Part shown: one piece after another, positions 26,394 to 32,000 of the stretch
How the letters are laid out: each line of letters opens with the position of its first letter
Position numbering within the stretch: the first letter of the stretch is position 1
From: Candidatus Nitrosopumilus koreensis AR1
Lineage (GTDB): Archaea; Thermoproteota; Nitrososphaeria; Nitrososphaerales; Nitrosopumilaceae
Direction: 5' to 3'
Assembly: GCF_000299365.1 (NCBI RefSeq)
Contig: NC_018655.1
Coordinates: forward strand, 1,290,001-1,322,000
DNA length: 32,000 nucleotides
Notes under the pieces: model-generated
The model's database searches: none
What the model saw: the letters and a program-made list of their open reading frames with translations, nothing else
Told to the model about the DNA's origin: nothing
Position numbers and translations under genes: made by a program

Positions 26394-26897
26394 TTGTCAG
26401 AAACTGAAGCCAAAGTTGAGGAAGCACCTGTCGAAGAGACAGAGGCACCTGTCGAAGAAGTTGAATCTGAGGCAGTAAAGGAAAAAGCTCAACCAGAAGC
26501 AAAGAGTGAAGGCCCAGAAAAATGGGGAATTGCCCACATTTACAGTAGTTACAATAATACAATTATTCACATGACTGATCTAACTGGTGGAGAAACTGTT
26601 GCCATCAGTTCTGGTGGAATTCATGTCAATGCAGACAGATACGAATCATCACCATTTGCTGCAATGAAAGCTGCAAATGCAGTAGTAGAATCTGCAAAAA
26701 CAAAAGGATTCACAGGATTCCACATCAGAGTTCGCGCAGTAGGAGGAGTTGGTTCTAGAGTACCAGGTCCAGGTGCTCAAGCTGCAATCAGAGCATTGGC
26801 AAGAGGTGGATTTAAGATTGGAAGAATTGATGATGTTACACCTATTCCTCATGACACCACCAGAAAGAAGGGTGGAAAAAGAGGAAGAAGAGTCTAG
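26394..26897 (+). CDS. rps11: ribosomal protein S11 (uS11) with acidic N-terminal extension, TTG start
   Basis: [32 protein letters not shown]...[43 protein letters not shown]. Confidence 0.93.
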   Translation: MSETEAKVEEAPVEETEAPVEEVESEAVKEKAQPEAKSEGPEKWGIAHIYSSYNNTIIHMTDLTGGETVAISSGGIHVNADRYESSPFAAMKAANAVVESAKTKGFTGFHIRVRAVGGVGSRVPGPGAQAAIRALARGGFKIGRIDDVTPIPHDTTRKKGGKRGRRV

Positions 26898-27205
26898 TTA
26901 ACGACTTTAATTTTTACTTTACAATTTTTAGAAGCAAAATAGTCTGTCATAAATTCAGCAAACTTTTCTTCTGGGTTACTGGTTCTGTATTTTGATAGCA
27001 TGTCAGCAAACTTTTCTTCAATTCCTTGATGCAGTTCTGGTTTGAATGCAAGTTTGAAAAAAGTCCAACCAAAGTTTTTTGTTGGCTCACTGATCAGGTA
27101 TCCGTTGTATCCGCCAGTCAGAGTCTCCATGTGAGATAATGCTTTTTTGATATTGAATACATCATCTGAATAGTTTTTTGTAGAAATTTCTAAAGTGATG
27201 CTCAT
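26894..27205 (-). CDS. hypothetical protein (103 aa)
   Basis: Intact ORF with 1-bp overlap to the upstream gene. Confidence 0.6.
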   Translation of the reverse strand: MSITLEISTKNYSDDVFNIKKALSHMETLTGGYNGYLISEPTKNFGWTFFKLAFKPELHQGIEEKFADMLSKYRTSNPEEKFAEFMTDYFASKNCKVKIKVVN

Positions 27206-27612
27206 TAGTCATCATTCTCAGATGATTGTTTACTAAGTTTATCAGTTAATGATACAAACTTGCCGTCTTGCTCAATATTGATTTTAGTTTCCATTCTGAT
27301 GTGTAGTCCAACTGCTCTAAACAGTGCCAAGAGTTTTCCACCATCAAGTGTTTCGTTTAGTTCGCCTGACTTTATCAACTCAGATAATTTTTGTACAATC
27401 ATTTTAGTTTCATTTGGAAATTGAGATTCTGCATTTTGCAAAACTTCCAATCCTCTAAATCCCAAAACTTTGACTAGTATGTCTCGGGGGTTTTCAGCAG
27501 GTTTAGGCGGGTCAGATGGTTTTTGAGAATCTTGTCTGGATACAAGATTTTTTTGCATCTCTGCCAATCGCTTTGCTTTTAGTCTCTCAAGTTCTGAATC
27601 TTCTTCGCTCAA
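27205..27612 (-). CDS. hypothetical protein (135 aa)
   Basis: Intact ORF; 4-bp overlap with the rtcB start. Confidence 0.6.
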   Translation of the reverse strand: MSEEDSELERLKAKRLAEMQKNLVSRQDSQKPSDPPKPAENPRDILVKVLGFRGLEVLQNAESQFPNETKMIVQKLSELIKSGELNETLDGGKLLALFRAVGLHIRMETKINIEQDGKFVSLTDKLSKQSSENDD

Positions 27613-29081
27613 CCTTTAATCACACCTATAGGCACTAATTTTGCCACTTTGGTGGCAATTCCTAGATTGTGAGAAACATCAACTACCGCATCAACATCTT
27701 TGTAGGCTTGGGGTGTCTCTTCCACAACTCCATCTCGGGTCAACGCCTTGATAAAAATTCCCTTGTCGTTTAGAGATTTTTTAACATCATTTTCAGTATA
27801 ATTTCGTCTTGCCTTGGAACGAGACATTGTTCTTCCAGCACCATGGGCAGTAGAACCAAAGCTAAGATTCATTGAATTTGGTTTTCCAAGCAGAATCCAA
27901 CTGGAAGTTCCCATAGAACCAGGTACCAAGACAGGTTGACCCAAATGGCGATATTTTAATGGAATTTCATCTCTATTTGCAGGAAATGCTCTAGTTGCCC
28001 CTTTTCTATGAACAACCAACTTTCTTTCCTCGCCATTTACTTTGTGTTTTTCTACTTTTGCAATATTATGTGCAACATCATAAACTAATTTCATGTCAAG
28101 ATCAGATTCTGTTTGATTAAACACGCGTTCAAAAGATTTTCTAGTCCAATGAGTAATCATTTGTCTATTACTCCAAGCAAAATTTAGTGCTGCAAACATT
28201 GCTTTTCTATAAGACTCACCCTCTTCAGAAGAATTAGGAACACATGCAAGTTCTCTATCAGGCAGATCAATACCATATTTTCCCATAGCCTGTTCTGAAA
28301 CTCTTAGGTAATCACTGCAAACCTGATGACCAAATCCTCTTGAACCACAATGAATCAAAACAGTAATCGTTCCTTCTTTGATTCCCATTTTAGCAGCTGC
28401 TTCTTCATCATGAATCTCTGTAACTTTTTGAATTTCAAGAAAGTGATTTCCAGAACCCAAACTACCAAGTTGTGGGGCTCCTCTTTTTCTTGCTTTATCA
28501 GAAACTTTGTTTGGATCAGCATTTTGAATCTGACCATTCTCTTCACAAACATCTGAATCATTAGAAGAACCATAACCATGGTCAATTGCCCAGTTCACAC
28601 CTTTCACCAGAACTTCATCAAGTTCCGAATGACTTAGTTTAACAGCACCTTTAGAACCAACACCTGATGGAATAGAGCTAAAAAGATCAGTTACTAGTTC
28701 TTTTAATTTTGAGCGAACCGTTTGTTCAGTTAAATTTGAGCGCAATAATCGCACTCCGCAGTTAATATCATAACCCACACCGCCAGGACTGATCATTCCT
28801 TCTTCAGCATCCATAGCTGCAACGCCACCAACAGGAAAACCATATCCTTCATGACCATCAGGTAAAACAACACTATGCCCCACAATTCCAGGAATTGAAG
28901 AGACGTTACGTGCTTGCATAATGGTTCTATCAGAAAGCATCTTCTCAAGCAATGCCTCATTAGCATAGATTTTCACAGGTACTTTCATACCCAAATTAGA
29001 ATCAGCATCGATTTGGTATTGGTTTTCTCCAATTTTTTTTGGAGTTGTAGAAGACATGTAATCGGTAAATTTTGTGTTCAA
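27609..29081 (-). CDS. rtcB: RNA-splicing ligase RtcB (no intein)
   Basis: HEGYGFPVGGVAA, GGVGYDINCGVRLL, GSLGSGNHFLE, HCGSRGFGHQV, VYDVAHNIAK, GSMGTSSWIL, HGAGRTMSR. Confidence 0.93.
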   Translation of the reverse strand: MNTKFTDYMSSTTPKKIGENQYQIDADSNLGMKVPVKIYANEALLEKMLSDRTIMQARNVSSIPGIVGHSVVLPDGHEGYGFPVGGVAAMDAEEGMISPGGVGYDINCGVRLLRSNLTEQTVRSKLKELVTDLFSSIPSGVGSKGAVKLSHSELDEVLVKGVNWAIDHGYGSSNDSDVCEENGQIQNADPNKVSDKARKRGAPQLGSLGSGNHFLEIQKVTEIHDEEAAAKMGIKEGTITVLIHCGSRGFGHQVCSDYLRVSEQAMGKYGIDLPDRELACVPNSSEEGESYRKAMFAALNFAWSNRQMITHWTRKSFERVFNQTESDLDMKLVYDVAHNIAKVEKHKVNGEERKLVVHRKGATRAFPANRDEIPLKYRHLGQPVLVPGSMGTSSWILLGKPNSMNLSFGSTAHGAGRTMSRSKARRNYTENDVKKSLNDKGIFIKALTRDGVVEETPQAYKDVDAVVDVSHNLGIATKVAKLVPIGVIKG

Positions 29082-29170
29082 TCCAATTTAAATCATCAGA
29101 AGAATTATGCATGATTTTGTTTTTTGAAAATCATGGATAATCTTAAGTTCAATTATTACAAGTATTGTTT

Positions 29171-29293
29171 ATGGATAATGATCCTTTTTGTCATTGTGGC
29201 TCATGTGGTCATGAAAAAGTGGATGAGTGTTATTCAAAACAGTGCTCCTGTTGTTTAACTGATCATCAAGGCGCTTTTGGAAAAAACAGATAG
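29171..29293 (+). CDS. candidate 40-aa Cys/His-rich microprotein
   Basis: MDNDPFCHCGSCGHEKVDECYSKQCSCCLTDHQGAFGKNR, below the ORF cut-off. Confidence 0.55.
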   Translation: MDNDPFCHCGSCGHEKVDECYSKQCSCCLTDHQGAFGKNR

Positions 29294-29363
29294 TAAATCA
29301 AATTTAATAATTAAATTTGAAATTGACAAGACAATTTATCTATTAGAGACTGTTTATAGAAAT

Positions 29364-29561
29364 ATGGTTCAACGAAAATTAACTAAAGAAGAAATAGAAA
29401 AACAAAAAGAAGAACAAAAAATGAGAGCAAAAGCATCAAGAGCCGCAAGAAGAAGTGGAAAAAGCATCAAAAAAGAAGGCAAGGTAAGCAAATCAAAGGC
29501 AAAAACAAAAGAAACTAGATCTCAAAAGAAAGTTGCCACAGTAAACAAATCACGATATTAA
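29364..29561 (+). CDS. small highly basic protein (65 aa)
   Basis: MVQRKLTKEEIEKQKEEQKMRAKASRAARRSGKSIKKEGKVSKSKAKTKETRSQKKVATVNKSRY; the longer tracked ORF from 29277 overlaps the upstream microprotein. Confidence 0.55.
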   Translation: MVQRKLTKEEIEKQKEEQKMRAKASRAARRSGKSIKKEGKVSKSKAKTKETRSQKKVATVNKSRY

Positions 29562-29599
29562 GGAGTAGATTTATTTTCCAATGGATTCAAGTTAGAACA

Positions 29600-30960
29600 T
29601 TGGCAATTCTACCCATTGATAGTGGTCGTTATGGCACTAAAGAGATGATGGAGATTTTTAGCGAACAAAAAAAATTAATTATCAATTAGAGATAGAAGGT
29701 GCCGCAGCAATTTCTCAAAGTGAAATTGGCATGATTCCAAAAGCAGTAGGTAAAAAAATTCTCAACGCTGCTACATCAGGCAAGATTACTGCAAAAAGAA
29801 TCAAACAACTAGAAGCTAAGAGTGATCACGATACTGCAGCACTAGTAGAATCACTAAGTGAAAAATGTACAAAAGATGCCAGACCATGGATTCATTATGG
29901 ATTGACAAGTAATGATTTGGTCGATACAAGCAATTCAATGCAGATGCGAGATGCATTACAAATTATTGAACCAAAGGTTGCAAAGATGGCATCAATTCTT
30001 GCAAAAAAAGCTGCAAAGCATTCAAAGATTCCAGCAGTTGGAAGAACACATGGACAACATGCAAGCATCATTTCATTTGGTTTGAAATTTGCAAATTGGG
30101 CTGCAGAGATGGCAAAACATGTAGAGAGAATTGAAGAGATTAAGAAAAGAATTTTGATTTGTAAAACATTAGGTGTTGTTGGGACAGGTTCGTTAATGGG
30201 TGCAAAATCACTTGAAGTACAACGAAGAGCTGCAAAACGATTAAAATTATTCCCAGCAGAAGTTACAACACAGGTAGTTCCTAGAGAAAGATATGCAGAA
30301 TATGTGTTTGAGTTGGCTTTGATTGGCGCGACTTTAGAAAAAATTGCAATAGAAATTAGAAATCTGCAGAGAACTGAGATTGGAGAAGTTGCAGAACAAT
30401 TCAAAAAAGGACAGATGGGAAGTAGTGCAGTCCCTGTTAAAAGAAATCCAATCAAGAGTGAACGTGTATCATCATTATCTAAATTAGTAAGAAGTCAGGT
30501 TGCAGTATCTTTTGAAAACATTCCATTATGGCATGAACGTGATCTTTCAAATTCAGCAAACGAGAGATTTGTTATTCCTACAGTATCCATACTAGTAGAT
30601 GAAATGTTAGAAACTATGACTAAAATTATTTCAAACTTGATGGTAAATGAAAAGAGAATTGTAGAAAATCTTTACATCACAAAGGGGCAGATATTTGCAG
30701 AATTTGTTTTAGAGGCACTAATCAAAAAAGGCGTGCCAAGATTTGTAGCATACAGAGATGTACAAAGAGTAGCATTTGAAGCAAATGACAAAGGAATATT
30801 CTACAAAGATGCAATCAAAAACGATAAAGCATTTTCATCAAAGCTAACTGAAAAGGAGATTGATGCCATATTTTCACCAGAGAAACATCTTGGAGCATCA
30901 CCTGCAATTATTAGTAATGTACAAAAATCTGTTCAAAAAACAGTAAAAAAATTCATCTAG
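29600..30960 (+). CDS. purB: adenylosuccinate lyase, with an apparent frameshift near 29667-29674
   Basis: TTG at 29600 reads MAILPIDSGRYGTKEMMEIFSEQKK; one base is missing at the A8 run; downstream frame reads INYQLEIEGAAAISQSEIGMIPKAVGKK...GRTHGQHASIISFG...GSSAVPVKRNPIKSE. Confidence 0.88.
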
Positions 30961-31708
30961 TCTTTAGAAGGGATTTGTGAATTTTTGAACCATATTGTAG
31001 TGCTTTCTTTCTTTTAGTACAAGACAATTCAGGAACACCAATCACACTTGCCAATTTTCGTATGATGTGTTTTCTGTACAAATCTTCAGAGTCTAAAATT
31101 TTTTCAGAGATTGGAATAGTTTTTGCAAAGTCAATGAACTCAGGAGAAAGCAGTGGTTGCAGGATTTGTACATTAAATTCAGATGCAATAAGATTTACTG
31201 CCTTCATCATCTTTAATTCATTATCTAGTTTTGACGTCATTACTTCATTGATTTTTGATTCACCTCCTGAAAACGCTTCTCGATATGCATTATAGCCACA
31301 AAACAACTCGTCAATTCCGTTTGCAGTAACTACTGTTTCAAGGCCCAAACTTTTTGCAAGTTTTGATACATAATAAAACGCAATACAATTTTCGTTCCAT
31401 GAAAGATTATCAGTTTTTATTTTTTCATGAATAGTGGACGAAATAGATGGGAAAGTTTCTGAATCAATTTCTAATATATGATGAGGGTAATTCAATTGTT
31501 CATTGACCTGTTTTGCAAATAAGATGTCATGTGATTCAGAAAATCCAATAGTAAGCAAAGTAATATCATAGTTCATGTCTGAGCAAATTTTTGCAATTAG
31601 AGTACTATCAACACCTCCAGAAAAAGCAATTCCAATTTTGTTTTCTTTTACAGTTTGAGAAATTGAATTTTTGATTTTTTCAAATAACTCTTGGTATTTA
31701 GCGTCCAT
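30953..31708 (-). CDS. asparagine synthase C-terminal-type PP-loop protein (no glutaminase domain)
   Basis: IGIAFSGGVDSTLIAKI, VVTANGIDELFCGYNAYREAF, LQPLLSPEFIDFAKTIP, KRKKALQYGS. Confidence 0.8.
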   Translation of the reverse strand: MDAKYQELFEKIKNSISQTVKENKIGIAFSGGVDSTLIAKICSDMNYDITLLTIGFSESHDILFAKQVNEQLNYPHHILEIDSETFPSISSTIHEKIKTDNLSWNENCIAFYYVSKLAKSLGLETVVTANGIDELFCGYNAYREAFSGGESKINEVMTSKLDNELKMMKAVNLIASEFNVQILQPLLSPEFIDFAKTIPISEKILDSEDLYRKHIIRKLASVIGVPELSCTKRKKALQYGSKIHKSLLKTR

Positions 31709-31783
31709 CTTTATTCTCTAAATTCTACAAAGGGTAATGAATCAAACTCTTTAACTATTATTTAGAATAACATACAATAGATG

Positions 31784-32000
31784 ATGAAACTATCACAAGA
31801 AGAAATTGATGACGAGTTGAAGAATTTGCCAGGATGGAGTGTGGTAAACGAGAAACTACACAGAGAAATTGAGTTTGATAGCTTCAATCAAGCATTTGGG
31901 TTTATGACTAGAGCCGCAATGGAGATTGAGAAGATGAATCACCACCCAGAGTGGTTTAACGTGTATAATAGAATAACAATAGACTTGATGACTCATGATG
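31784..32000 (+). CDS. pterin-4-alpha-carbinolamine dehydratase-like protein, 3'-truncated by window
   Basis: [72 protein letters not shown] carries the EKxNHHPEW motif. Start may be 31781. Confidence 0.85.
   Translation, partial: MKLSQEEIDDELKNLPGWSVVNEKLHREIEFDSFNQAFGFMTRAAMEIEKMNHHPEWFNVYNRITIDLMTHD

Noticed and set aside
27609-29081. Intein in RtcB
   Set aside because: RtcB motifs are contiguous at normal length (490 aa) with no inserted splicing or endonuclease domain.
29895-30455. 186-aa minus-strand ORF
   Set aside because: Long, but fully antisense to conserved PurB sequence.

Overview
The window looks like core chromosome from a marine ammonia-oxidising archaeon (Nitrosopumilus-like; inferred from an archaeal histone, Topo VI, AT-rich short-spaced genes and many small thaumarchaeal-type proteins). 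I see no CRISPR array, integrase, transposase or prophage. Recognisable content: MTAP C-terminus; a minus-strand block aIF2beta-DUF424-RIO1-KH-Top6B-Top6A; DUF373, UppS, Nudix, PyrF, PurA and YggX-like proteins; Sua5/YrdC, a THUMP protein and a MoaD/ThiS-like domain fused to a Cgi121-like KEOPS domain; ribosomal proteins S17e and S11 with acidic extensions; TatD, histone, tRNA-Cys(GCA), cupredoxin, an AIPR-family protein, tRNA-Thr(CGT), a phosphohexomutase, a ThiL-like kinase, RtcB, PurB (with an apparent frameshift), a glutaminase-less asparagine-synthase-like protein and a PCD-like protein. The best leads are: (1) the Ubl-GG-Cgi121 fusion next to Sua5, which resembles a ubiquitin-type precursor; (2) a lone AIPR-family predicted nuclease followed by a ~70-nt near-continuous imperfect hairpin; (3) UppS with no ATG/GTG/TTG start, implying ATT initiation or a sequence error; (4) a purB frameshift at an A8 run; and (5) several short proteins missed by the 60-aa ORF cut-off.
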